From contig JBGAON010000003.1 in NCBI GenBank assembly GCA_044221725.1, forward strand, positions 352,001 through 416,000: 64,000 nucleotides of DNA, given 5' to 3'. The position numbers and the translations under genes are program-made. Source of the DNA: Elusimicrobiota bacterium. Lineage in GTDB: Bacteria; Elusimicrobiota; Elusimicrobia; F11. Below are positions 27,389 through 37,248 of this stretch, one piece after another (position 1 is the stretch's first letter; each line of letters starts with the position of its first letter). The notes beneath the pieces are model-generated. The model saw only the letters and a program-made list of their open reading frames with translations. It was not told the origin of the DNA and made no database searches.

Positions 27389-28849
27389 ATGAGAAAACAA
27401 TTGGCCATGTTTGCCATTGTTTCAGTAGTAGCGACCACTTCGACGTGGCCGCTCTTCGCGGTGGGGAACCTGCAGTTCGACGGGTCCCTGGAAGTAAGCG
27501 GTAACTCAGCAAATAACGAAAAAGATCTCGGTGGTGTGAAAACATCGAACACCGGATCGAACGATCACCGTGGCGTCACCACGACGCGGGTGCGGGTCGG
27601 AATGAATGCCGAGGTAACCGAAGGTGTGACGGGTCGCCTCGAACTCGTTCGCAACAACGGTTCGGCTGGTTCGCAGTCTCTCTATGGTGGCGCAGGAAAG
27701 CCATCGTCGGTGAGCAATGAAGAAAGCAACTTCCTATTCCATAATGCCTACGTGACTCTGCAAGATTTGTGGGGCATGGAAGCGCGCCTCGGTCGTCAAT
27801 ACACCGGTGAAGTTGGAGATGCCATCTGGCACATCGGTCCGAAAAGCGATGATGCGCTCGCCGTCAATTCCATCGATGGTCTTCAACTCCAATGCGCGAA
27901 GAAAGAACCTCGCGGTAATTTCTGGGACAAACTTCATGTCGTTTTGTTCACGGGTAAAGCAGCGGAAACCGCCACGTCCGTAGCACAGACCGATGCAACT
28001 TCCTCCGGTGATGTGAACCTCACCAACGTCGAAGCTATCTTGAGCGTGATCCCCGGTGGTCGCGTTCGGACAGCTGTGTTGATGGGTGATAAGTCCAACA
28101 CGAGTGGGGCGGGCGATAACGATCACCTGAAAATCTTCCGTTTGGGCGCCAATGGTGGTATTCATGAAAACATGTTCACCTACCGTGCGGAATACTTGAA
28201 AAACTTCGGTCAGCGCAACAACGGTGGCGCGACAAGCGACCTCAAATATAAAGGTAGCGCCATTGACTTGGGCGCCGGCTTCAACAGCGGTGACCTCAGC
28301 ATCGGTTCGATCGGCGTTGCTCTTAACTTCTTCCAGGCGTCGGGCGATGACAAAACAGCGAACGACAACGACGACAAATCCTTCCATGACTTCTCGCTTC
28401 TCGGCGTGAATACATCGGATCGTTACTTCGGCGAAATCTTCGGAAAAAGCAATGCGTTGGGTGGTGGTACACCTCTCGGACAGGGCGTGGACGGCGTGAA
28501 CAGCACGGCGCAATCGCAAGGTCTCCAGGTGTTCAACGTTGGTCTCGTCTACAAGCCGCATTTCTCGACGAAATCGCGTTTCGACCTTCAGTTCTACACG
28601 TTTTCCAGAGCGAAAGGCTCGGTTGATGGAACGGACCATGGCAAGAAATTCGGAAACGAATTTGACTTGACCTACGGTTACGACCACACGGAAAACGTTG
28701 GGCTCGAGCTCGGTTGGGCGATGTTGAATCCGGACGAAGCGCTGGATTACAACGTTGCACCGACGACAGGTTTGAATGCAACGCAGCAAGATGCCATCAA
28801 CAAAATTTTCGCCCGCGCGAAAATCAAGTTCGGTGGAGAGAAGAGCTAA
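27389..28849 (+). CDS. Outer-membrane beta-barrel protein (alginate-export-like porin)
   Basis: Signal peptide; NAYVTL, RLGRQ, ASGDD, GNEFDLTY. Confidence 0.7.
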   Translation: MRKQLAMFAIVSVVATTSTWPLFAVGNLQFDGSLEVSGNSANNEKDLGGVKTSNTGSNDHRGVTTTRVRVGMNAEVTEGVTGRLELVRNNGSAGSQSLYGGAGKPSSVSNEESNFLFHNAYVTLQDLWGMEARLGRQYTGEVGDAIWHIGPKSDDALAVNSIDGLQLQCAKKEPRGNFWDKLHVVLFTGKAAETATSVAQTDATSSGDVNLTNVEAILSVIPGGRVRTAVLMGDKSNTSGAGDNDHLKIFRLGANGGIHENMFTYRAEYLKNFGQRNNGGATSDLKYKGSAIDLGAGFNSGDLSIGSIGVALNFFQASGDDKTANDNDDKSFHDFSLLGVNTSDRYFGEIFGKSNALGGGTPLGQGVDGVNSTAQSQGLQVFNVGLVYKPHFSTKSRFDLQFYTFSRAKGSVDGTDHGKKFGNEFDLTYGYDHTENVGLELGWAMLNPDEALDYNVAPTTGLNATQQDAINKIFARAKIKFGGEKS

Positions 28850-28869
28850 TCGAAAAAAAGTTTAAAACG

Positions 28870-28909
28870 GAAACCCCTCTCGCCTTCGGGTGAGAGGGGT
28901 TTCTTTTTT
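28870..28909 (+). terminator. Rho-independent terminator
   Basis: GAAACCCCTCTCGCC-TTCG-GGTGAGAGGGGTTTC followed by T6. Confidence 0.9.
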
Positions 28910-28958
28910 CTTGCTGGACCACTGAGTCTCTGTTACAATCGATTTCTCGAAAAACGAC

Positions 28959-30311
28959 ATGAAAATAAAAAAAATCATTTTCCTTCTCGGTTTTTCCTGT
29001 TCAATTCCTTATCTTCACGCCACCAATCTTTCCATCGGCGCCGATTATCTGTTGCGCGGTGTTTCAACCCACGAGCGCGATAAAAATTTTAAGAACAGTG
29101 CCTACTACGATCAACGCCTGCAAGGTTATCTCACGACCGATTTAAGCCGCGACGTCGAAGCATCGATTCGGATTCAATCGATCACGCCATGGGGCCTCGA
29201 AGGCTCGTCCACGCCGCTCGTGACGCGTTATCCGAGCGCGAACGGAAATTTGTTTGTGCAAAACGCGTTTGCCCGCTTGCCACATCTATGGAAAGACAGA
29301 ATCATTCTCACGATCGGGCGCCAACCCATCCAGTGGGGCGACGGAAAAATTCTCTCGGATGATGAATTGGGATTCAATGCGATCCGGGCCCAATTAAAAT
29401 CGCCGTTTCGGCGTCTGCCGTTCGATTTGGAGGGCTTTACAGCGAAAATCAGTGAAAGCCTTAACCAACCCGGTGGCGATAAAGATTTGTACGGTTCGAT
29501 GCTGTCGTTTGACAGCAAAGCCTTTCGCTGGGATTTCATGGGGTTGTGGGAAAAATCGGATGGTTCGCAATCGTATCAAGTGGGCAGCTCCAGCACTCCA
29601 TTCGCCGCAACAAAAGTGGACCGAACCATTTATGGTGTGCGCGCGATCACGCGCCTCAAGGACGCCTATTTAAAAGGTGAATATTACATGCAGAGCGGTG
29701 AAGTGAAGCAGGGGGCAAATTCCCCGACCGTGAAACTGGGTGGCTCCGGATATGTGGTGGGGTTGGGGGGGAAACAAAACACCGAAAAATTTGGGCGTTT
29801 CGGAGCCGTTGCAGAAATCTGTTCCGGTTCCGGAGACAATGCGAACACGTCCGACAAGGACGAAGCATTCCGGCCAACGTTTGCGAGCCGTTGGTCCGGT
29901 TTGGAACGAAGCGGCTATGGCAATTATTTCGCGGCGACGTTTTCCGATGCTTATTCACCGACACAGCCCTTTGCGAATCCAGGAACCAACAACACGGGCC
30001 TTCCCGACGGAGCTTCCGGTATTCAAACCATTCATTTCGGAATTGATGCGACGCCGTGGTCGCAGTGGACATTTCTTTTTGATTACTACCAATACAAAGC
30101 CGACAAGAGCACAGCCGGGGACAAAGAGCTCGGTGTGGAGTTTGACTACGGATTCCTCTATCGATTCTCTGGTCTCGTCAGCGTGAAAGGAATGATGGCG
30201 TCATTTAAACCGGGCAAAGCTTTTGATGTAATCGATCCCACCACCAACAGCACCATCAGCACCAGTCAGAACGCAAGTCGCTCCAGTATCGAACTTCAGC
30301 TAAAGTTCTAG
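28959..30311 (+). CDS. Outer-membrane beta-barrel protein (alginate-export-like), paralog of 27389
   Basis: Signal peptide; NAFARL, IGRQPIQWGDG, SGSGD, LGVEFDY; terminal Phe. Confidence 0.72.
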   Translation: MKIKKIIFLLGFSCSIPYLHATNLSIGADYLLRGVSTHERDKNFKNSAYYDQRLQGYLTTDLSRDVEASIRIQSITPWGLEGSSTPLVTRYPSANGNLFVQNAFARLPHLWKDRIILTIGRQPIQWGDGKILSDDELGFNAIRAQLKSPFRRLPFDLEGFTAKISESLNQPGGDKDLYGSMLSFDSKAFRWDFMGLWEKSDGSQSYQVGSSSTPFAATKVDRTIYGVRAITRLKDAYLKGEYYMQSGEVKQGANSPTVKLGGSGYVVGLGGKQNTEKFGRFGAVAEICSGSGDNANTSDKDEAFRPTFASRWSGLERSGYGNYFAATFSDAYSPTQPFANPGTNNTGLPDGASGIQTIHFGIDATPWSQWTFLFDYYQYKADKSTAGDKELGVEFDYGFLYRFSGLVSVKGMMASFKPGKAFDVIDPTTNSTISTSQNASRSSIELQLKF

Positions 30312-30313
30312 TC

Positions 30314-31225
30314 TCAGGCCCGCGGATGGGCCTTCTCGTAGGTCTTCTTCATTCTCTCGGTCGTCACATGCGTATAGATCTGTGTTGTTGAGAGATTTTT
30401 ATGGCCCAGCATCTCCTGCACGGTGCGCAAATCGCAGCCAGCGTCCACCATGTGCGTCGCGAACGTGTGTCGGACAACGTGCGGGCTAATCTTTCGACGA
30501 ATACCAGCCTTTAAGGCGGCCTGCTCAATTATTGTGTGCATCGCGCGCGTGCTGAGGCGTGATTTCGAGCGCAAGCTCGTGAAAACGGGGTTTTTCTGAG
30601 AAGTGGGGGATAAAACATCTTGTCCGCGCAGTTTTAGATAGTCGCGAAGAGCCTTCATTCCGATTGAACCAAGCGGCACGATACGTTGTTTGTTGCCTTT
30701 GCCAATAACAGAAACCGTTTTATTCCAAAAATCGATGTCTCCTATGCTTAATCCCGACGCTTCCGAAACCCGGATTCCACAGGAATAGACCAATTCAATC
30801 CAGGCTCGGTTCCGCAGCGCTGCTTCCTGATTCTTTACTTGGCAAATCGCGACAATCAGATGGGTCAGCTCATCTGTTGTCAGAAAATTGGGGATTTTCT
30901 GCTCTCTTCGTGGTGTGTGGAGGGTAGCAGCGGGGTTTTTAGCGATTTTCTCGGTCCTCATCAGGTATTTGAAGAACGACCGAATTGTTGCCAACTTTCG
31001 GATGAAGGAATTGGTCTTTAGGTTCTGTTCCTTGATCCTACCGAAATAAGCGCGAATGTCGGATTTGTCCAGTTCGATAACGCTCTTCATGGTCTTTCGG
31101 TCCAGGTATTTCGCGAAATCGGACAAGTCGGCTCGATACGCGCGAACGGTGGCCGGCGACATTCGCCTTTCTTGCAAGCTTTTCAAGAATTCTTCGATAA
31201 GTGCCACGTTTTGTTTCATTTTCAT
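30314..31225 (-). CDS. xerC: Tyrosine recombinase XerC/XerD
   Basis: Catalytic R-K-HxxR-H-Y (CGIRVSE, GKGNK, HVVRH, LGH, TQIY); terminal HPRA; XerC versus XerD not resolved. Confidence 0.88.
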   Translation of the reverse strand: MKMKQNVALIEEFLKSLQERRMSPATVRAYRADLSDFAKYLDRKTMKSVIELDKSDIRAYFGRIKEQNLKTNSFIRKLATIRSFFKYLMRTEKIAKNPAATLHTPRREQKIPNFLTTDELTHLIVAICQVKNQEAALRNRAWIELVYSCGIRVSEASGLSIGDIDFWNKTVSVIGKGNKQRIVPLGSIGMKALRDYLKLRGQDVLSPTSQKNPVFTSLRSKSRLSTRAMHTIIEQAALKAGIRRKISPHVVRHTFATHMVDAGCDLRTVQEMLGHKNLSTTQIYTHVTTERMKKTYEKAHPRA

Positions 31226-31282
31226 TTTTTGGGATTCGACGTTAACATTTGCACCAATTTCTACCAAATTTGGCCGAAGACA

Positions 31283-31310
31283 ACTTCTGATAATATATAT
31301 TATGTTCTAT
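31283..31310 (+). other. dif-like chromosome dimer-resolution site
   Basis: ACTTCTGATAA-TATATA-TTATGTTCTAT (11-6-11), resembling B. subtilis ACTTCCTAGAA-TATATA-TTATGTAAACT and the E. coli right arm TTATGTTAAAT; lies at the gene-strand switch. Confidence 0.8.
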
Positions 31311-31463
31311 ATATTGTGTGCGCGGCAAGGTTAAAATTCTGCATATAGATTGGTAGATTTTCTTTGAAAATAATTGCTGATCAGTATTAATTTGTTGTGC
31401 GCGAGGACTTGTATTGATTTTTTAATCTTGCGAATCGCGGCCAAAAAAATCCGTTGGCGCGAT

Positions 31464-31724
31464 TTAAGAACGATCTTTAACGAGAAGAGCTACACCGATT
31501 GTGGTGTAGCCGCCCAAGATTAGAAACGGGCTTAGATGGCTGGCCCAGTTGCTGCCCATCGGGTCTGCCAACGACAGAACAACGTACCCAATAATAAGGA
31601 TGCCGATCCCAAGTCCCACCAGTTTCCATCCCTTTTTGGATACCAAGAGAGGCGTTTTTACGATTTGATTTGGCGTGTTTTGGGGTATCCCGGGTACCCG
31701 GTTTTGCTTATTTTTCTTTGGCAT
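31464..31724 (-). CDS. Small two-TM membrane protein (DUF3098-like)
   Basis: GIGILIIGYVVLS...LSPFLILGGY. Confidence 0.6.
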   Translation of the reverse strand: MPKKNKQNRVPGIPQNTPNQIVKTPLLVSKKGWKLVGLGIGILIIGYVVLSLADPMGSNWASHLSPFLILGGYTTIGVALLVKDRS

Positions 31725-32223
31725 TTTGCGGTTTCTGGCAGTTGCGACATCGACCGAAGATTTCGTGTCGGTGAAAAATTGGAGTAAAGCCGAGTTCGCG
31801 ACAAGTCTTTTCCTGGATCCGTTCCACTTGTGGCCATTGAATTTCTTGGATTGCGCCACATTCCACGCAGATCAAATGATCGTGATGCGGCCGTTCGTAG
31901 TTAACCTCGTAGCGCGGTTTGCCGTTCGGTGCGTGCACGCGGTCGATAATTTTGCATTCCTCAAGCATTTTCAACGCTCGGAACACGGTTACCTTGCCGA
32001 TCCCATAACTCTTAAGCGCTTGATAAATTTCGTCTTCACCCACATGATGATGCGCTGATAGCAGATAATCGAGAATGCGGCTGCGCTGCTGTGTCATGCG
32101 CATTCCTCTTTCATGGTGGTATTTCTCAAAGAGCTCGCGAATGCGGTCGGCGTAGCCGTTCCGGCCGGCAACCCAGGACGGGAAATAAACCAGTTCTTCT
32201 TTGTTCGTAATCGGGGCTGACAT
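31708..32223 (-). CDS. fur: Fur-family metal-responsive regulator
   Basis: MTQQRSRIL, TVFRAL, HHDHLICVECG, CRNC. Confidence 0.92.
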   Translation of the reverse strand: MSAPITNKEELVYFPSWVAGRNGYADRIRELFEKYHHERGMRMTQQRSRILDYLLSAHHHVGEDEIYQALKSYGIGKVTVFRALKMLEECKIIDRVHAPNGKPRYEVNYERPHHDHLICVECGAIQEIQWPQVERIQEKTCRELGFTPIFHRHEIFGRCRNCQKPQNAKEK

Positions 32224-32254
32224 GGATCTTATTATACGCTAATGATGCAATTGC

Positions 32255-33349
32255 TTAATGAGACAGATTGTAAATTGATCGGCAAAGGTACCCCCCCGCA
32301 ACTCCTAGATAGGTGCCCAAAACGGCTCCAAAAACGGCCATGAGCACGCCGATATGCGCGGTGCGTAGTCGGTAGGTCTCAGAAACAATTGGCGCAGAAA
32401 CCGCTCCGCCAATGTTCGCTTGGCTGGCCGTGGCGAGCAGAAAAAAGGGTGTTTGAAAATATTTCCCCAACAGGACCGATAAGACGCCATGTATTCCGAG
32501 CGTCAGAACGCCGTACAAAAGATAAATGGGGGCGCCCAGCGTCGCCGTCAGCGTTGTCTTTGCGCCGATGGTGATGAGAACCAAATAAAGCAGAAGCGTT
32601 CCAATGTTTTGTGTTCCCCACCTTTTTATTTTTTTTAGCGGAGTGAGAGCCAAGAGAAGGGCCAACGTCGATGCGCAAAGCAATGTCCAACCGTTCGTCG
32701 GAAAGAATTTTGCGAGGCTGCCGATCTGTTTGCCGAGCATCACGCACAATTCTCCAATCGCAAAACCGATAGCAATCACAAGAATTGTTGGCGCGGAAAA
32801 CCAACGGAATTTATTCTCTTCGCGTGTTTGATGAAATTGGGACTCATTTTCTGTGGACGTCCACGACGGCTCGTCAAAGTTCTTTTGAAACTTGGCTCCC
32901 GATAATAAAAACGCCATCCACGCGTACGAAAGCAGTGTGTCCACGATAACCAGAATACTGAGCCCACCGTCGGAAAGTCCGAGGATTTCTTTTACGGCCA
33001 CCATGTTCGCGCTGCCACCGATCCACGTACCCATCAGCGCGCCCACCGCTTTCCACGCTTCGCCTGGAAGGAAATTCATGAAGAGCACGTAGACAAATAT
33101 TTGCGCGAAGAAAATTGTTCCGGTGCCGATCGCCATCGCAACCATGGCCTTGGGGCCAATTTTCACCAGATCGGAAAGTGGCGCCCCCACGAGCATGAGA
33201 ACAATTGCGACGGGCAAAACGTGGCGCGTGGTCCAATCGTACGCAAAGGATTCGTGCGGCAAAATGCCAACGGTTCCGGCGACAATGGAAAGAAAATAAA
33301 CCCAAAACGGAATCGGCAGAATGTCGAGAATTTTCTCGACAACTTTCAA
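32255..33349 (-). CDS. DUF819-family membrane protein
   Basis: GTWIGGSANMVAV and ASQANIGGAVSAP; TTG 33349 overlaps the upstream TGA. Confidence 0.85.
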   Translation of the reverse strand: MKVVEKILDILPIPFWVYFLSIVAGTVGILPHESFAYDWTTRHVLPVAIVLMLVGAPLSDLVKIGPKAMVAMAIGTGTIFFAQIFVYVLFMNFLPGEAWKAVGALMGTWIGGSANMVAVKEILGLSDGGLSILVIVDTLLSYAWMAFLLSGAKFQKNFDEPSWTSTENESQFHQTREENKFRWFSAPTILVIAIGFAIGELCVMLGKQIGSLAKFFPTNGWTLLCASTLALLLALTPLKKIKRWGTQNIGTLLLYLVLITIGAKTTLTATLGAPIYLLYGVLTLGIHGVLSVLLGKYFQTPFFLLATASQANIGGAVSAPIVSETYRLRTAHIGVLMAVFGAVLGTYLGVAGGYLCRSIYNLSH

Positions 33350-34659
33350 ACGGCGTGTTTCCTTTTCCACGCGTAATACGCGGGAATGCCCAAGACAAAT
33401 ACAAGAATTCCGATGGGACCGTAAATGCCACGTTCGAGGATTTTTGCGTACAACATCAGGCACGAGATAACAACGAACACGGCCGGTGTTAGCGGATAAC
33501 CCCAGCATTTGTAGGGCCGCGGCAAATTCGGTTGCTTCTTTCGGAAAACAAAAATCGAAAGCACCGTCATCAAAGAGATTATGACGAGCGGCACCGACAA
33601 AACTTTCAAAATAATTTCGAAATTGCCGATGAGAATTAGTCCGCAGGCCCATACACCTTCAAACCAAATGGCGCCGTTTGGTGTGTTGTATGTCGGATGA
33701 ACAAACGATCCGAAATCAAAAAAGTAACCATCGCGACTCAGCGCAAACAACGTGCGTGGGTTTGATAACAATGTCGCCGACAGGCAACCGAGCACCGATG
33801 TTGCGACGAGAATTGTAATGAGATTGGAAGCAAACGGACCGAAGAGATTTGTGGCCGCCGTGTGCGCAACTTTTACTTCTCCGACGAGTGTCGGCAGTGG
33901 AATCGCGTACAAGTAAACGGCGTTCATTGCGAGATAAATGATTGTCGTGGCGAGCGTGCCAATCACGAGCGACATCGGAATAAGCCGTCCCGGATTTTTT
34001 ACTTCTTCGGCGACAAAGACGGCGGAATTCCAACCGGAATACGTGAATGCCATTGGTACAAGCGCCGCAGCGATCGCCATCGCAGCGTGGGATGTCGATC
34101 CAGAGAAAAGCGGTTGGAAATGGGCGATGTTTCCATGTCCGATGAACCATCCCAGCACGGCCAGCGCAAACATCGCCACAACTTTTAATGATGTGATGCC
34201 ATCCATCACCGAAGCGCCAAGTTTAAGACCGCGCGTGTTTAAAAATGTGAACAACAAGACAATTGCCACGCAGAAAATTTTCGTCGAGAAAAGCGCCGTG
34301 TTCATGCCGGCGTATTCCGCGAATCCAATCGCCAGCAAAGCGATGGTTCCCGGCGTGGTCACAAGCGAATAAGCCCAGCCGTACAAAAATCCCCAAAGCG
34401 GTCCGTACGCTTCGCGCAAAAAAACGTAGTTCCCCCCCGCTTTCGGCATCATTGCGCCGAGTTCCCCATACGTCAGGGCTCCAACAAGCGCCATGAGTCC
34501 GCCGATCGTCCACGCGAGCAACACCCAACCCGCGGACGGTAGGTCGCGCGCGATTTCTCCGGGCGTTGTAAAAATGCCGACGCCGATGATGTTACCGATC
34601 ACCAGCAACACGCACGTAAAAAGCCCGAGCTCTCTTTTTAATTCGGGTGGATTGTTCAT
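33346..34659 (-). CDS. APC-family amino acid permease
   Basis: IIGVGIF, ELGAMMPKAGG, YSGW, EEVKNP, RPYKCWGYP. Confidence 0.93.
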   Translation of the reverse strand: MNNPPELKRELGLFTCVLLVIGNIIGVGIFTTPGEIARDLPSAGWVLLAWTIGGLMALVGALTYGELGAMMPKAGGNYVFLREAYGPLWGFLYGWAYSLVTTPGTIALLAIGFAEYAGMNTALFSTKIFCVAIVLLFTFLNTRGLKLGASVMDGITSLKVVAMFALAVLGWFIGHGNIAHFQPLFSGSTSHAAMAIAAALVPMAFTYSGWNSAVFVAEEVKNPGRLIPMSLVIGTLATTIIYLAMNAVYLYAIPLPTLVGEVKVAHTAATNLFGPFASNLITILVATSVLGCLSATLLSNPRTLFALSRDGYFFDFGSFVHPTYNTPNGAIWFEGVWACGLILIGNFEIILKVLSVPLVIISLMTVLSIFVFRKKQPNLPRPYKCWGYPLTPAVFVVISCLMLYAKILERGIYGPIGILVFVLGIPAYYAWKRKHAV

Positions 34660-35483
34660 TGTTCCTCCGGAAAGAAAGTGCCAAACGTTACAACGCGATC
34701 ACCGACGACAGTGCCATTCGATAGTTCAGAAAGCGATTTCCCAAATCTGTCCATGAACGAAATTTCGCGAACCTTTTCGCCGGTCTGTGGCGCTTCAATT
34801 AGTGTCTCGTTCCCTCCGTAAAGCGCGACGTGTACAATTTTTTCGGGGTTGTCCGCTTTCGCGAGAAAAATGAGATCGGCGGATTTAAGATTCTTTGGTT
34901 CCAACTTTCGCGCCTTCATCGACTGTTCGTGCGCGTCGCGTGGCACAAGCCATCCCACTTGTCGGTACGACCAATTTACGAGCCCCGAACAGTCGACGCC
35001 GGTCAGAACCTTTTTATTTTTTGGATTGTACAGCGAGCGTCCGCCCCAAAAATACGGAGCTCCCAAATGCCGCTTTGCTTCGTTGAGAATTTGCCAACGC
35101 AAATCCTTATCGAGTTCTTTCGGCTCCGTTATCGGCTTTTCGAGCGACGCGTTTTCCGACAAATATTTCCTCTCAATCCAACCGGGATAACCTTGCCACT
35201 CGTTTTTGTGAGTGAATTCCATTTGCTGCGGACATTCCACGCGCATCCAGTTGCCGTCGCGTTCGTAAACGAGCACCGGTTCTCCGTGCTCGACCTGCGT
35301 TTCTTGGAGTGCGTCGTACTTGTAAATATTTTTCGACGGTTTCATTTCACTTCTCACATCGGCGACATCGGCTTTCACAAAATATTTTTTTGGTGGATTA
35401 AACGTTTTTGGAGCGGCGACGGCTGCCGCGGCGATCATCATTCCGGTGGAAACACCAATCACGATTTTCAAATTATTTTTCAT
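34656..35483 (-). CDS. SH3 + NlpC/P60 peptidase (YkfC-like gamma-D-glutamyl peptidase)
   Basis: YPGW, APYFWGG, GVDCSG, PRDA, HVALY. Confidence 0.88.
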   Translation of the reverse strand: MKNNLKIVIGVSTGMMIAAAAVAAPKTFNPPKKYFVKADVADVRSEMKPSKNIYKYDALQETQVEHGEPVLVYERDGNWMRVECPQQMEFTHKNEWQGYPGWIERKYLSENASLEKPITEPKELDKDLRWQILNEAKRHLGAPYFWGGRSLYNPKNKKVLTGVDCSGLVNWSYRQVGWLVPRDAHEQSMKARKLEPKNLKSADLIFLAKADNPEKIVHVALYGGNETLIEAPQTGEKVREISFMDRFGKSLSELSNGTVVGDRVVTFGTFFPEEQ

Positions 35484-37246
35484 TTGGGATGCATCTCCAT
35501 GAACTGCAAGATCCCGGTGATAAGGCTATCGGCAACGAGGTGCTGATGCCGCGGCGTCATCATCAGTTCTTCGTATTCGGGCAATATTAAAAACGCCTGC
35601 TCCAAAAGTATCGCTGGCATTTGCGTCATGCGACAGACGGCCAGGTTTGATCGCCAAAGTCCTTCGTCACGAATTCCGGTTTTTTGTCCGTACACTTCAT
35701 GAATGGATTCGGCGAACGCGTGACTTTGCGGATGATAGTAATGCACGCTGTATCCTTGGACTTCGCGCGGATCTTGACCGTCACCGCATGCGTCGGCATG
35801 GATCGAAACATAGAGATGGGCTTTCTCACGCCACGCAATATTCGTGCGTTCTTGCAGCGAAATTTCCTTTGTGCCGTCTTGAATCATCACGACGTCGGCT
35901 CCGCGCTTTTCCATTTCTTGCTTGACGACCTTCGCTACCGAAAGCGTGATCGACGCTTCGGTGTTTCCCCACGGCCCGATCGTGCCAAAACTTTGCGCCG
36001 AATGTCCGGCGTCAATGGCGACCTTTAAGCCCTTCATTGAATAACCTTTGCCGGCGTAAGGCGGGCGGTGCCGAATTTCCACAAACATTGTTGTTCCGTC
36101 GTATCGAACATCGTATCCCCACGGTTGATCCTGATGCGTGCGAATGTCGAACACGCACGTGGTGGGTTCGCTTTGGTACCACGTGATCTCTTCAATGACC
36201 GAATCTTTTGTTTTGTACCGGATCCGATCGGAGTCGGCGACAACTCCGAAGAGCGTCAGCTGAAGGCGGTGAGGATTCGTAAATTGTTCGATTCGGTGCG
36301 GATGTCGGAACTGCAGCGGAATTTCAATGATCGTGCTTGTTTCGTTTGCGGTGACGCGCAAGTTTCGTGTGACACTACGAGCGGGCAGTGTGCCCTTTGG
36401 TAATTCGACGGCCGCATTCTTTTTAACCCAGCCTTGATTTGTTTCACCGAGGCCAACGCGTAAAAAATCTCCCTGTTCCCCGGTGACTTCGAGTCGCGTT
36501 CCCTGAAGACTGAACAAATTGTACCCGTAGTCCGCCTCGGGACCCGTCAGTAAAACGCTATCTTCTTTTAGCTCAATCATGCGTGGCGTCTTTCGCCGTT
36601 GCACCGTGATATCCGCCTCGCCTTTGACGGTGATTTTTTTTCCATCGCGTCGCTTCAGTGTAAACGCAACATTTTCATTTTCGAATTTGTCTTCGGGGCG
36701 CACCGTGTAAATGGCTTTGTAGATTCCGGGAACCGCGCCTTGATTGTCTTCGAGCGCGAAAGTTTCGGTTTGATTTTTGAAATGGAAAGACGCTTTGCCG
36801 CCGGGCGCCGCCTGAATAGTGAAATTAATTGCATCGCCGGGCCGCACCACATATCGTCCTTTTGGAGAAAGAACATCAATCTTCCCGTACGTCGAAGGAT
36901 ACGTGGCCAACCCGCCAGCAACATTCACGGTGCGGACCACTGTCGCGGTGGACACGCCATCGAACGCGACCGCCTCGATCTTAAATTTCCCTTCTTGAAA
37001 CGGAATCATCACAAGAAACCCACCGTTCGCGTACGGTTTCACGGGCATGCCGTTGATCGTGAGCGTTGCGGACGCCGGAAGAACCGAACCAAACACAAAC
37101 GACTGTTTCACGTTTGCAATATTGGAGTTTTCGTAGGGTTGAATGATGCGAAGGAACGTTTCGGCTTGAGACGAGATCGGTGCGAGAAAAGACACGACGA
37201 TAAAAGCAAAAGCGCGTGATATTTTCATAGGGGATTTCCGGATCAT
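35480..37246 (-). CDS. N-acetylmuramoyl-L-alanine amidase (Amidase_3) with a long N-terminal region
   Basis: IDAGH, TEA, SIHADA, ILLE Zn/catalytic residues; start at 37246 or 37228. Confidence 0.88.
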   Translation of the reverse strand: MIRKSPMKISRAFAFIVVSFLAPISSQAETFLRIIQPYENSNIANVKQSFVFGSVLPASATLTINGMPVKPYANGGFLVMIPFQEGKFKIEAVAFDGVSTATVVRTVNVAGGLATYPSTYGKIDVLSPKGRYVVRPGDAINFTIQAAPGGKASFHFKNQTETFALEDNQGAVPGIYKAIYTVRPEDKFENENVAFTLKRRDGKKITVKGEADITVQRRKTPRMIELKEDSVLLTGPEADYGYNLFSLQGTRLEVTGEQGDFLRVGLGETNQGWVKKNAAVELPKGTLPARSVTRNLRVTANETSTIIEIPLQFRHPHRIEQFTNPHRLQLTLFGVVADSDRIRYKTKDSVIEEITWYQSEPTTCVFDIRTHQDQPWGYDVRYDGTTMFVEIRHRPPYAGKGYSMKGLKVAIDAGHSAQSFGTIGPWGNTEASITLSVAKVVKQEMEKRGADVVMIQDGTKEISLQERTNIAWREKAHLYVSIHADACGDGQDPREVQGYSVHYYHPQSHAFAESIHEVYGQKTGIRDEGLWRSNLAVCRMTQMPAILLEQAFLILPEYEELMMTPRHQHLVADSLITGILQFMEMHPK

Positions 37247-37248
37247 AA

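Noticed and set aside
30314..31225. Tyrosine recombinase as a prophage or island integrase
   Set aside because: XerC/D-like length and HPRA terminus; no phage or mobile cargo nearby
32241..32277. Possible Fur box upstream of fur
   Set aside because: Only a weak AT-rich partial palindrome; insufficient match to call
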